A DNA stretch of 64,000 nucleotides from PVC group bacterium (GTDB lineage Bacteria; Omnitrophota; Gorgyraeia; B26-G9): contig JAAEQR010000195.1 of assembly GCA_024231215.1 (NCBI GenBank), positions 433,349 through 497,348 on the forward strand, given 5' to 3'. Both the position numbers and the translations under genes were made by a program. Below, piece after piece: positions 8,799 to 17,429 of the stretch (positions are counted from its first letter, which is position 1; every line of letters begins with the position of its first letter). The notes beneath the pieces were generated by a model, which worked only from the letters and a program-made list of their open reading frames with translations, was not told where the DNA came from and did no database searches.

Positions 8799-10731
8799 AC
8801 TGGCAAATAAACTCCTGATACAGATGATTATTGTTGTAATGATCATTTCGGCAGTATTTTATTTTATTATCACTATGCAGGCTAAAGAATCGGAAAAACG
8901 GATATTTGATAAAGCTAAGCTTTTTTCAGCAATTCTGGGAGTTCATATGGACAGGATTGTTGGCGATAATTTGCTTGTTTATCAGAGTTTGCAGACTGTG
9001 GTTTCCGGATTGGCCAAGGCCGATGAGAAAATAGAGAAGATCAGAATTATTGCACCGGAGTCTATTGTATTGGCAGACAGTAATGAGGAGAGAATCTGGC
9101 AGACTGTGGTTTCCGGATATCGGGATGTAATAGAAACGGTGATAGAAACTGGGCAGGCAAAATCTCTTGTTAAAAAAGTATTGGGAAGAGAATTGGTGGT
9201 TCGTTTTATGCCTCTTTTTTCTGAAAAGGAAAAAGAGAATTTGATTGGGGTGATGCAGCTTAATGTGAAATTTTCTTCGCAGCAAGCTCAGGGCATGGCT
9301 TATTTAAGGAGTAATAAAGCGGCTTATTTTAAAGAGAATGCCGCAAGGTTGTCAAAAGAAGTGTCTGAAAATCTGCAAAATGTGCTTGACGATGTGGAAA
9401 GGAATTTTCATTACCTTGATGATTTGGTGGCTCGTATGATCAAGGATGAAGAAATCCAGGATATTAGATTTTTTTCTAAAGATCTGCGATTGCTGGGCTC
9501 GGGTAGTTCCGGAAGGCGTGCGTTACTTTATAGTGATAATGATACGGAATTTTATGAAAGAGTAATAAAAAACGGGAGTATTTTAAAAAGAAATATAGCA
9601 AAATCAGGGGTTGAAGTAGTAAGTCCTCTTTATGTACCGGGTGATACAGAAAAACAGGTGGGCGGAGCCGTGGGTATTACTCTTTCGCTGAAGCGTATTA
9701 ATGAATTAGTATTTTCCCGGATAAAGAATATTTTAATAATGAGTTTGCTTATTATTTGTGCGTTTTGTTTGCTGATCGGGGTGTTTTTCAAGCGGACAGT
9801 AATTGCTCCTTTAAATGGTCTTATGCAGATGGCGCAGCGTGTGGGTAAAGGAGATTTCTCTAAGAAAATACAGGTGGTGTCAAATGATGAGATTGGAAGT
9901 TTGGCCGAAGCTTTTAATCAAATGTCGGATGAATTAAAAAAATCAAAAGAACAGATAGAAGATTTTAATCTAGGTTTGCAGGAAAAAGTAGATAAGGCAA
10001 CCAAAGAATTAGAAGAAAAACAAGCTCAGCTTATTGAATCAGAACGCATGGCTTCGTTAGGAGTTCTTTCCAGCGGGATTGCACATGAGATAAACAACCC
10101 TTTGGGTGTAATTTTAGGGCATGCGCAGATGCTTTTAAAGGAATTAAAGACAAGGGGTGATTTAGAAGATGCGCAGGAAGCGGAAAAGTTGCTTAATACT
10201 ATAGAAGAATATGCAAGAAGATGTACTCATATAGTTAGAAGCCTGTTACAGTTTGCAAAAAAAAGAGAGATGCAGTTTAGTGAAACAGATGTAAGTTCAA
10301 CGGTGAGTAACGCCTTAATGTTTGCTGAAGGCCGCTTGAATAAAAAAGAAATCAAAGTGGGAAAACATTTAGCTTCGGATTTGCCTCCTGTTTTAGCTGA
10401 CGCGATACATCTTGAACAGGTTTTTATTAATATTATTTTTAATGCTGAGCAGAGTATGAATCAGGGTAGCAAGTTGGATGTATCTATTGAGCTTGAAAAA
10501 GGAGAAGAGATTGTAGTTGCTTTTCAGGATGAGGGAGAGGGGGTCTCGGAAGAAAATATTAAAAAGATATTCGATCCATTTTTCTCTACGCGAGAGCCGG
10601 GAGAAGGTGTGGGGTTAGGGTTATCGATTTCTTATGGGATAATTAAAGCGCATGGCGGAGATATTAATATCGAGAGTGAAGTTGGTAAAGGAACCAGGGT
10701 AAGTGTGAGATTGCCGGTTAAAAAGGGGTAA
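8788..10731 (+). CDS. sensor histidine kinase (2 TM, extracytoplasmic sensor, HAMP, HisKA, HATPase_c)
   Basis: H-box HEINNPLGVILGHAQML. HATPase G-boxes (DEGEGV…, GVGLGLSISYGIIKAHGG). TM helices at ~residues 15-40 and ~310-335 flank a ~270-aa sensor region. Likely start is ATG 8788 overlapping the upstream stop; the ORF track gives 8761. Confidence 0.85.
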   Translation: MKNKLANKLLIQMIIVVMIISAVFYFIITMQAKESEKRIFDKAKLFSAILGVHMDRIVGDNLLVYQSLQTVVSGLAKADEKIEKIRIIAPESIVLADSNEERIWQTVVSGYRDVIETVIETGQAKSLVKKVLGRELVVRFMPLFSEKEKENLIGVMQLNVKFSSQQAQGMAYLRSNKAAYFKENAARLSKEVSENLQNVLDDVERNFHYLDDLVARMIKDEEIQDIRFFSKDLRLLGSGSSGRRALLYSDNDTEFYERVIKNGSILKRNIAKSGVEVVSPLYVPGDTEKQVGGAVGITLSLKRINELVFSRIKNILIMSLLIICAFCLLIGVFFKRTVIAPLNGLMQMAQRVGKGDFSKKIQVVSNDEIGSLAEAFNQMSDELKKSKEQIEDFNLGLQEKVDKATKELEEKQAQLIESERMASLGVLSSGIAHEINNPLGVILGHAQMLLKELKTRGDLEDAQEAEKLLNTIEEYARRCTHIVRSLLQFAKKREMQFSETDVSSTVSNALMFAEGRLNKKEIKVGKHLASDLPPVLADAIHLEQVFINIIFNAEQSMNQGSKLDVSIELEKGEEIVVAFQDEGEGVSEENIKKIFDPFFSTREPGEGVGLGLSISYGIIKAHGGDINIESEVGKGTRVSVRLPVKKG

Positions 10732-10734
10732 AAG

Positions 10735-12129
10735 GTGAATAAAGAGTATATTCTAGTAGTAGATGATGAGCGTGGGATGCGTGAATACCTCAAAAAACTT
10801 TTAACAGATAACGGATATGCTGTAGTTGTAGCCAATAACGGGATGGAAGCTTTGACGCAGATAGAAAAAAAGATTCCAGTTTTAGCCATAATAGATTTCA
10901 AGATGCCCGGTATGGACGGATTGGAACTTTTGGCTAAAATAAAAGAGGTGCATCAACAGATAACCGTGATTATGATGACAGCTTACGGCACAATGGAAAA
11001 TGCGATAAAGGCGATGAAGCTGGGAGCCTATGATTATTTAAATAAACCATTTGAGCTTGATGAGATATCACTTGTTATTGATAAGGCTTTTGAAAAGAAA
11101 CGCTTGGAAGAGGAGAACATAGAGCTTCGCAGAGAGCTTAAAAAAGCTTATACATTTGAGGATATTGTTTCCAGTAATGACCAGATGCGTAATATTTTTG
11201 ATACGGTTCAAAAAATAGCGGATACTAAAAGTACTATTTTGATCCAAGGAGAAACAGGTACAGGTAAAGAGCTTATTGCCCGGGCTATACATAATCTGAG
11301 CCAGCGTAAAAACAATTCATTTATTCCGGTAGATTGCAGTGCGCTTACCACAAGTCTTTTGGAAAGTGAGCTTTTTGGTCATGTTAAAGGTGCGTTTACC
11401 GGAGCGAGTACGGATAAAAAAGGTCTTTTTGAGGCGGCGCATGGCGGAACTATATTTCTAGATGAAATAGGACATATTTCTTTGGAGATACAGTCAAAGC
11501 TGCTGCGTGTTTTGCAGGACGGAGAGATAAAAAGGGTGGGAGAGGCTTTAGCACGCAAGGTGGATATTCGTCTTATTGCTGCAAGTAATGAAAATTTAGA
11601 ACGCGCGGTAAAAGAAGGAAGGTTTCGCCAGGATCTTTATTATCGTTTAAATGTGGTGCCGTTGTCTTTGCCGGCTTTACGGGAAAGGACAGAAGATATT
11701 CCGATTTTAATCGAGCATTTTATTAAAAAATATAATCATATAGAAAGTAAAAAATTAGAGAATGTATCCCCGGAAGTTTTAAAGATATTGATGGACTATC
11801 AATGGCCGGGCAATGTGCGGGAGTTGGAAAATCTAATACACCGGGCAGTAGTTATGGAGGTGGGGCCGGTGATTTTACCTAGTGATTTGCCGGCAGGAAT
11901 AAGAGAGCCGCTGATTACTGCGGAGAGGCGAGATATCCTTTCCCGGACGAATAATTTTAGGAAAGCTAAGCGCCAGGCAATGGAAGCTTTTGAGCGGCGT
12001 TTCCTGGCTGAGTGTTTAATTCGAAATAAAGGAAACGTAAGTAAAACTGCAAAAGAGATGGGATTGGACCGGAGAAATTTACAGAGAAAATGTAAGTATT
12101 ATAAGATTAATCCGGGAGAATTTAAATAA
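10735..12129 (+). CDS. sigma-54-dependent response regulator (NtrC-family enhancer-binding protein)
   Basis: Receiver domain (…IIDFKMPGMDG…). AAA+ sigma-54 activator domain (GETGTGKE Walker A, ESELFGH, GAFTGA motif, FLDEIG Walker B). C-terminal Fis-type HTH. Confidence 0.9.
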   Translation: MNKEYILVVDDERGMREYLKKLLTDNGYAVVVANNGMEALTQIEKKIPVLAIIDFKMPGMDGLELLAKIKEVHQQITVIMMTAYGTMENAIKAMKLGAYDYLNKPFELDEISLVIDKAFEKKRLEEENIELRRELKKAYTFEDIVSSNDQMRNIFDTVQKIADTKSTILIQGETGTGKELIARAIHNLSQRKNNSFIPVDCSALTTSLLESELFGHVKGAFTGASTDKKGLFEAAHGGTIFLDEIGHISLEIQSKLLRVLQDGEIKRVGEALARKVDIRLIAASNENLERAVKEGRFRQDLYYRLNVVPLSLPALRERTEDIPILIEHFIKKYNHIESKKLENVSPEVLKILMDYQWPGNVRELENLIHRAVVMEVGPVILPSDLPAGIREPLITAERRDILSRTNNFRKAKRQAMEAFERRFLAECLIRNKGNVSKTAKEMGLDRRNLQRKCKYYKINPGEFK

Positions 12130-12151
12130 AAATCGTGACCTAACCCGATTC

Positions 12152-12201
12152 CACCTGCGCAAAAATTGTCGCGATGCGGCGAAAAATACGCATATTTTGC
12201 G
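12152..12201 (+). repeat. 50-bp direct repeat, copy 1 (cacctgcgcaaaaattgtcgcgatgcggcgaaaaatacgcatattttgcg)
   Basis: Identical to 17221..17270. Contains the inverted repeat TGCGCAAAA-N30-TTTTGCGCA. Begins 22 nt after the stop of the NtrC-family gene. Confidence 0.9.
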
Positions 12202-12231
12202 CAAAATTATCCTTACCTATAAATCCCCCAC

Positions 12232-12260
12232 TTGTAATTTTAAAAGACATAATGTATACT
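12232..12260 (+). promoter_or_regulatory. candidate sigma-70-like promoter (TTGTAA-N17-TATACT) upstream of the SecA-like gene
   Basis: -35/-10-like hexamers with a 17-nt spacer, ~95 nt upstream of the TTG start at 12355. Sequence match only. Confidence 0.3.
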
Positions 12261-12354
12261 TAAAACTTCTGCGGAACTCGTCCGAAAGATGATAAAATCG
12301 GAAGCTGCGCAGAGGCCTTAAGTATAAACTATCAGGTCTATTGTAATTTCTGGG

Positions 12355-15300
12355 TTGCAGTTAGAAGGTTGGCGAAAATTGAAGAGTATTAAACATCTGA
12401 TCATATTTTTTCTTATAAACACGATTATTTTATCAAACATCCCGCCAGTATTTGCTGAAAAAGCTTATAGCGTTTGTCTTTCCCCCGTTGTAACAATTAA
12501 CACTCCTGCGTTGAAATACAATTTTTCTCAGCTTGAGCTTGGCCGCTTACTAGAAACAACACAGTTAAATATTGAAGTAAATGGATTTATCAGAGATTTG
12601 TTTGGTAAAAATAGTAAGAATTTTGTGAATGCTACATTCAAAGGATTTAAAGTTGATTTGATCTCAGGGAGGGGATATCCTGTCGCAGATGAAATTGTTC
12701 CATTTAGATTGGATGATCATGGATATGTTCATCTGACCGAAAGCATGGCTCAACTGATTCAGGATCATCCGGATAGAGAAGAAATTTTATTTGAAATCGG
12801 AGTGCATTATACTCTTAAACTTAATTATAAAGTACTTGCGCAACATCATCCAAATAGCAAACATTATACACAACACAAGTTCAACCTTTTGTTAATTAGA
12901 GCTTTGCCAGATAATAGCGAAAGGGCGATTATTGGTAACTACCTTCCCATTATTTCTAATGGAGCTATTCAGCCAATTGATAGTTTGTTAGGTATTAGGG
13001 ATTATGTCGGTAATGATGACGTAGTATCCCATCATCTTGCATTATTATTCGAACGATATGCTCGCAGGAGACGTATTGGTTATCGAAAACCTGGAAGTTA
13101 TGAAGTGGTAAAAGGCAAAGAAACTTATATGGATTACTTTTATAATACTAAGCATGGTTTAAGTTTTCTGAGTGTTCCCGGGAAACTATCCGCGTTTTTA
13201 ATGTCTTTACAGATTAACGAAAATAATGTATCTGTCGGCCGCTATGATATATCAATAAATGATGTTAATAAAAATTTAAGATCTAATCTAGCCGGTGAAA
13301 ACATGCTTTTTGCTGCGGGGTCACTTTGCATGCACAATAATATGGAACGTTATAGAATAGAAGCGACGGTTCCCTTACTTACGAATGCGTTAGGCGATTT
13401 TAGAAATGATCCTCTGGTTGCCGGATTTTTAGCCTCAGTTACCGGAGATTTTGATATGTATTTTGTTAGGGATTTAATCGAAAAATTTAAAGGAGCCGAC
13501 CTTATTCAAATTGTCTATCAACTTCAAAGGCTTAGAAGAAAGGTAAGAAATGATTCTGATAAAGATTGGGATTTAAGTGAAAGTAAGCAATTTCATAGAA
13601 CTGTTGAACATGTTATGCGGACTTATTCGAAAAAAAATGTTTCCATGATTTTAGATAGTTTTGAAAAACTGGGAGATATATACAACTTGGTGAATGAATC
13701 ATATCGTCCGATGCATAAAGTAATGCCGATTCTCATCTTTATGACAGAGCTGATTTCACGAAGTGAAGATCCTTTAAGAGAAGTTATTGATCCATTACAT
13801 AGTTTTATTTCTACAGTCTCTCCGGCGCAGATTCTTGCTTGTTTGCCTCTTGTTGAAGGCACAGGAACCTTTGGTCTGGCACGTTTGCAAAGCTTAATAC
13901 AGAGATTCGGAAAATTTAATATTAATATCGCGGCTTTAGATATTGTCCCATGGATGAAATTAGCATATGTCGAGTATATTCTGAATCATAGCTCGGATCC
14001 AGAGCATGACTTAAAGCATCTAAATGTTTATCTAAGACATCAAATAGTTCAGAGGGATAGAGAAAACCTTATTCTTGATAATATGAAAAAACTCTATGAA
14101 ATTTATGACTTGCGGCGCGCTCATCATGCTTTATTTAATAATTTGGATCTCCAGTTTACGCCGGGCGAGATTATTGCTGTGGCAAATAAAAAACTAACTG
14201 CGGGGATGGAAAGAGACGGTTCTTATGTGCCATCCATACGGAATATTCGTCATGACCTAGATCAGAGAGGGAATTATAATTGGAATTCTGAGCGGGGAGA
14301 TGATATTGAATTATTGATCTATGGGCTTAACCATTTAAATGCTTCTGACGGGACGCTTATTGCTTTTCAAAAATACGAAAAGATTTTAATTCAATCTTTA
14401 ATTGCTCTAAAATTTGTTGTTGCTCAGGAAGAGTTATTGTTAAAACTTAGAGATCAATTGTTCCAAGTTATGGTTCGTTTTCTTTGCTTGAATAACGAAA
14501 CGGTAGATCCGCTTATCTTGCTCGGATATTTAAATACGATAAGCGAGCATATGAATTACGCTACCGCGGAATCTTTAATTAAGTTTTTAGATAAAATAGT
14601 TTCAAATGGGGATGTTGCTGGTCTGGATAGATTGTTGGAAGAATTAGCTTACTCTGCCGACTGTATGCCTGCCAGAGAAGCAAAGGCAATTATTCGTCAG
14701 TATATTAGTGAGGTTGAGGAGGGTGGAGTGCAGCAAACACTTACCAGATTGATTGCATTACGTGTTGAGTATGAACAGAAGAGATTCCCTGAGGAGGAGC
14801 AATCAATATCAAACATGGTGGCTCAGATTAAAGGCTTGCCTGCTACAGACCAGAAAAGACTAGAGGATGAAATACAAACAGTACTAGGTCACGAAAAAAC
14901 AATAATAAAGATGAGCGATTCTGAGATTAAAAAAAGAGTCAAAGCACTTAAGATTCAAGTGCAAAGAAAAGAGGTGCTTTTTGAGGATGTTAAGCTTTTA
15001 TATTTGGCCTATATCAGAGAGATTGCTAAAAGAAAATACGGGATGAGAGCTTACAATATCCAATTAGCCGCGGTCCTTCTTTTCTTTTATGAGGGAGATT
15101 TTAATAAAAGGGGGTTGGTTCAAGAAATTAAGACAGGTGAGGGCAAATCGCTAATTTTTGCCTTAACAAATAGTTTAGCTGCTTTGACGGGCAAACCAGT
15201 GGATGTTTTTACGGTAAATACATATCTTGCCGCTCGTGATGCCGAACAATTTAAAGTTTTGTATAATTTTTTAGGATTAACTGTTGCCTATTTAAAAGAC

Positions 15301-17193
15301 AATCAAGATGAGGGGCTAGTCGCAGTTAATGAACAATCTTTTGCCGCGGATATTGTCTATGGAACGAATTCCAATTTTGAGTATATATACCTCCTGGAAT
15401 GTATTAGTCAACAACCTATACGTGCGAAAGATGTCGCTGGCAAAACAAAACGGCGGGAATTTGCCATGGCTGTTGTTGATGAGGTCGATATGTTGTTTTT
15501 GGATGAAGCGCTTAATACACATACGATAGCCCGGCCTGATAATATTTTTCCGACTTGGCCGTTCAAGCCGATCTGGAAATTCTTCAATGAATTGGTTCTC
15601 AATATTGATTATAAGGCTGAAGGCCTAACTAATAGAGGAAAAATAAAATATTCTGAGTTCATAGGGCAGTTATACAAGAAAGAAGGAAAAGGGAAGGAGC
15701 TATTATCCGAGAGTCAATTAAAAAGATTCGCTCAATCCGCCCTAATTGCACTGCGTTTAAGAAAAAATCAGGATTATGTTGTAAAAGAAGCAATCAAGAG
15801 GCGTCCTGAAAGAACGATTTGGAGCGGGAAACGTAAGGCTCAAGATGAAGTGATTATTGTTGTGCAAGAAACAGGTCGAAAACACTTCGGCTCATTGTGG
15901 TATGACGGGATTCATCAGTTTGTCGAGTTAAAAGAAGGGATGAAACCAAGTCTAATGAATCGATCGATAGCCTCAATTACACGTCCTTTTTATTTTAGTA
16001 AGTATGAGAAACTATTTGCGCTTACTGGGACGATTGGATCCGAGACAGATGCCTGGGAATTGCAAAAGATATATGGAGTAAATTCGCTTTGTCTTCCTCC
16101 ACATAAGCATTCAAAGCGTGAAGACAGAGAAGATTTAATCCTGGATACATTAGAGCAAAAATGGACAGAAGTTATCCAAAGCATTCAAGCCGAACATAAT
16201 AAAGGACGACCTGTGTTAGTAGGAGTGAGAACGATAGAGCAGTCTGTTAAACTTCACCGGAAACTTGAAGAGGAAACAAGGATTGATGCCCAGCTTTTAA
16301 ATGGAGAGCAAGGCACTCCGGAAGCGCAGATTATAAAGCAGGCAGGTTTAAGCGGAACGGTAACGATTGCCACCAATTTGGCGGGACGAGGAACAGATAT
16401 ACTTCTCGGTAAAGGTGTCGAAGCGCGGGCTGGTTTGCATGTTATTGGAACGGAGCGTTTTAGATCCAGGCGAATTGATGACCAGTTAAAAGGAAGAGCG
16501 GGTAGGCAGGGGCAGCCGGGAAGTTCTCAATTCATTATCTCTCTTGAGGACGAGGCATATCGCAGCTATTTAGATCAGGAGAAGTTAAGGAAACAGCAAG
16601 ATCATGCTAAGAGAAAACAGGCTGTACAGGATGTTCAAGAAAAATTAGATGTTGCTTCTTTTGAAAGGCGGGTTAGGGTTTTCCGCATTTGCTCTATTCA
16701 GGATAGGCAAATGACGGATTTTTTCAATGAGATAGAGCGTCTTTTTAATATGAAGAGAATAGATAAAATTTTCCCGGAAATTATTCCGGAGTATAATCGA
16801 CCATCTCTGCTTGGAACTGATGAAAGAGCTTCTATATTTACAATAGTAGAGGCAGGGGATGTGTGTTTTGAGGGCTGGATAGCTCATTTGCAGTTATTGG
16901 AAGAGTTGAGGAAAGCACTTGAATTTGAATCATCTGAAACCTTTGAGTCTGGTCTAGAAATATATCAGGAACAGGCGGAAAAAAGTTTTAAGAATGTTAT
17001 GAATGAATTACGGGAAAAGGTATATCTATTATATGCGGAGTTATCGGGGTTGGATCAAGTTGAAGTTGTCAAAAGGGGCAATGATTTTGAACAAACTGGC
17101 GTTACTCCGACACAAAAGCCTTTAATTGATGGAATGGAACTATTCCAAGTAGAAAATCAAATAATTGCGGCTATGCTTGAGCAAGCAGTTTAA
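12355..17193 (+). CDS. N-terminally extended SecA paralog (SecA2-like preprotein translocase ATPase fused to an ~880-aa unknown N-terminal region)
   Basis: From residue ~890 the SecA motor is collinear with E. coli SecA. NBD1: GMRAYNIQL and Walker A KTGEGKSL, VNTYLAARDAEQF…FLGLTV, DIVYGTN, VVDEVDMLFLDEA. PPXD: DYVVKE…VIIVVQETGRKHFGSLWYDGIHQFVELKEG…SITRPFYFSKYEKLFALTGT. NBD2: RPVLVG…TIATNLAGRGTDILLG, LHVIGTERFRSRRIDDQLKGRAGRQGQPGSS. A shortened helical scaffold follows, with no Zn-finger tail. TTG start; an alternative TTG at 12379 gives MKSIKHLIIFFLINTIILSNIPPVFA|EK, a signal/anchor-like segment. Confidence 0.8.
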   Translation: MQLEGWRKLKSIKHLIIFFLINTIILSNIPPVFAEKAYSVCLSPVVTINTPALKYNFSQLELGRLLETTQLNIEVNGFIRDLFGKNSKNFVNATFKGFKVDLISGRGYPVADEIVPFRLDDHGYVHLTESMAQLIQDHPDREEILFEIGVHYTLKLNYKVLAQHHPNSKHYTQHKFNLLLIRALPDNSERAIIGNYLPIISNGAIQPIDSLLGIRDYVGNDDVVSHHLALLFERYARRRRIGYRKPGSYEVVKGKETYMDYFYNTKHGLSFLSVPGKLSAFLMSLQINENNVSVGRYDISINDVNKNLRSNLAGENMLFAAGSLCMHNNMERYRIEATVPLLTNALGDFRNDPLVAGFLASVTGDFDMYFVRDLIEKFKGADLIQIVYQLQRLRRKVRNDSDKDWDLSESKQFHRTVEHVMRTYSKKNVSMILDSFEKLGDIYNLVNESYRPMHKVMPILIFMTELISRSEDPLREVIDPLHSFISTVSPAQILACLPLVEGTGTFGLARLQSLIQRFGKFNINIAALDIVPWMKLAYVEYILNHSSDPEHDLKHLNVYLRHQIVQRDRENLILDNMKKLYEIYDLRRAHHALFNNLDLQFTPGEIIAVANKKLTAGMERDGSYVPSIRNIRHDLDQRGNYNWNSERGDDIELLIYGLNHLNASDGTLIAFQKYEKILIQSLIALKFVVAQEELLLKLRDQLFQVMVRFLCLNNETVDPLILLGYLNTISEHMNYATAESLIKFLDKIVSNGDVAGLDRLLEELAYSADCMPAREAKAIIRQYISEVEEGGVQQTLTRLIALRVEYEQKRFPEEEQSISNMVAQIKGLPATDQKRLEDEIQTVLGHEKTIIKMSDSEIKKRVKALKIQVQRKEVLFEDVKLLYLAYIREIAKRKYGMRAYNIQLAAVLLFFYEGDFNKRGLVQEIKTGEGKSLIFALTNSLAALTGKPVDVFTVNTYLAARDAEQFKVLYNFLGLTVAYLKDNQDEGLVAVNEQSFAADIVYGTNSNFEYIYLLECISQQPIRAKDVAGKTKRREFAMAVVDEVDMLFLDEALNTHTIARPDNIFPTWPFKPIWKFFNELVLNIDYKAEGLTNRGKIKYSEFIGQLYKKEGKGKELLSESQLKRFAQSALIALRLRKNQDYVVKEAIKRRPERTIWSGKRKAQDEVIIVVQETGRKHFGSLWYDGIHQFVELKEGMKPSLMNRSIASITRPFYFSKYEKLFALTGTIGSETDAWELQKIYGVNSLCLPPHKHSKREDREDLILDTLEQKWTEVIQSIQAEHNKGRPVLVGVRTIEQSVKLHRKLEEETRIDAQLLNGEQGTPEAQIIKQAGLSGTVTIATNLAGRGTDILLGKGVEARAGLHVIGTERFRSRRIDDQLKGRAGRQGQPGSSQFIISLEDEAYRSYLDQEKLRKQQDHAKRKQAVQDVQEKLDVASFERRVRVFRICSIQDRQMTDFFNEIERLFNMKRIDKIFPEIIPEYNRPSLLGTDERASIFTIVEAGDVCFEGWIAHLQLLEELRKALEFESSETFESGLEIYQEQAEKSFKNVMNELREKVYLLYAELSGLDQVEVVKRGNDFEQTGVTPTQKPLIDGMELFQVENQIIAAMLEQAV

Positions 17194-17220
17194 ATATCCT
17201 ATAATCATTCCGAAGTGGCG

Positions 17221-17270
17221 CACCTGCGCAAAAATTGTCGCGATGCGGCGAAAAATACGCATATTTTGCG
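17221..17270 (+). repeat. 50-bp direct repeat, copy 2 (candidate enhancer/UAS or REP-like element)
   Basis: Perfect copy of 12152..12201. Lies 27 nt after the SecA-like stop and ~100-150 nt upstream of the sigma-54 promoter at 17370. Confidence 0.9.
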
Positions 17271-17369
17271 TATTTTTATTCTCGTCAATAAAACCCTCCA
17301 AAACTCAAAACATAACAGCTTTGTTTTTAAGTAGTTATGATTTATGTTTTATTTATAAAATCATATTTC

Positions 17370-17385
17370 TGGCATGATATTTGCT
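17370..17385 (+). promoter_or_regulatory. sigma-54 (RpoN) -24/-12 promoter of the giant gene
   Basis: TGGCATGATATTTGCT matches the consensus TGGCACG-N4-TTGCW with correct GG/GC spacing. An RBS (aaggagt) and the ATG at 17430 follow ~45 nt downstream. Confidence 0.65.
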
Positions 17386-17429
17386 TTTATAAAATAGACT
17401 GAATATAACTATCACAAAGGAGTAAGATC

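Noticed and set aside
8926-9285. 119-aa minus-strand ORF inside the histidine kinase gene
   Set aside because: It is antisense to a CDS with HAMP, HisKA and HATPase signatures. The Cys/His/Phe-rich composition is typical of a mirror-frame artefact.
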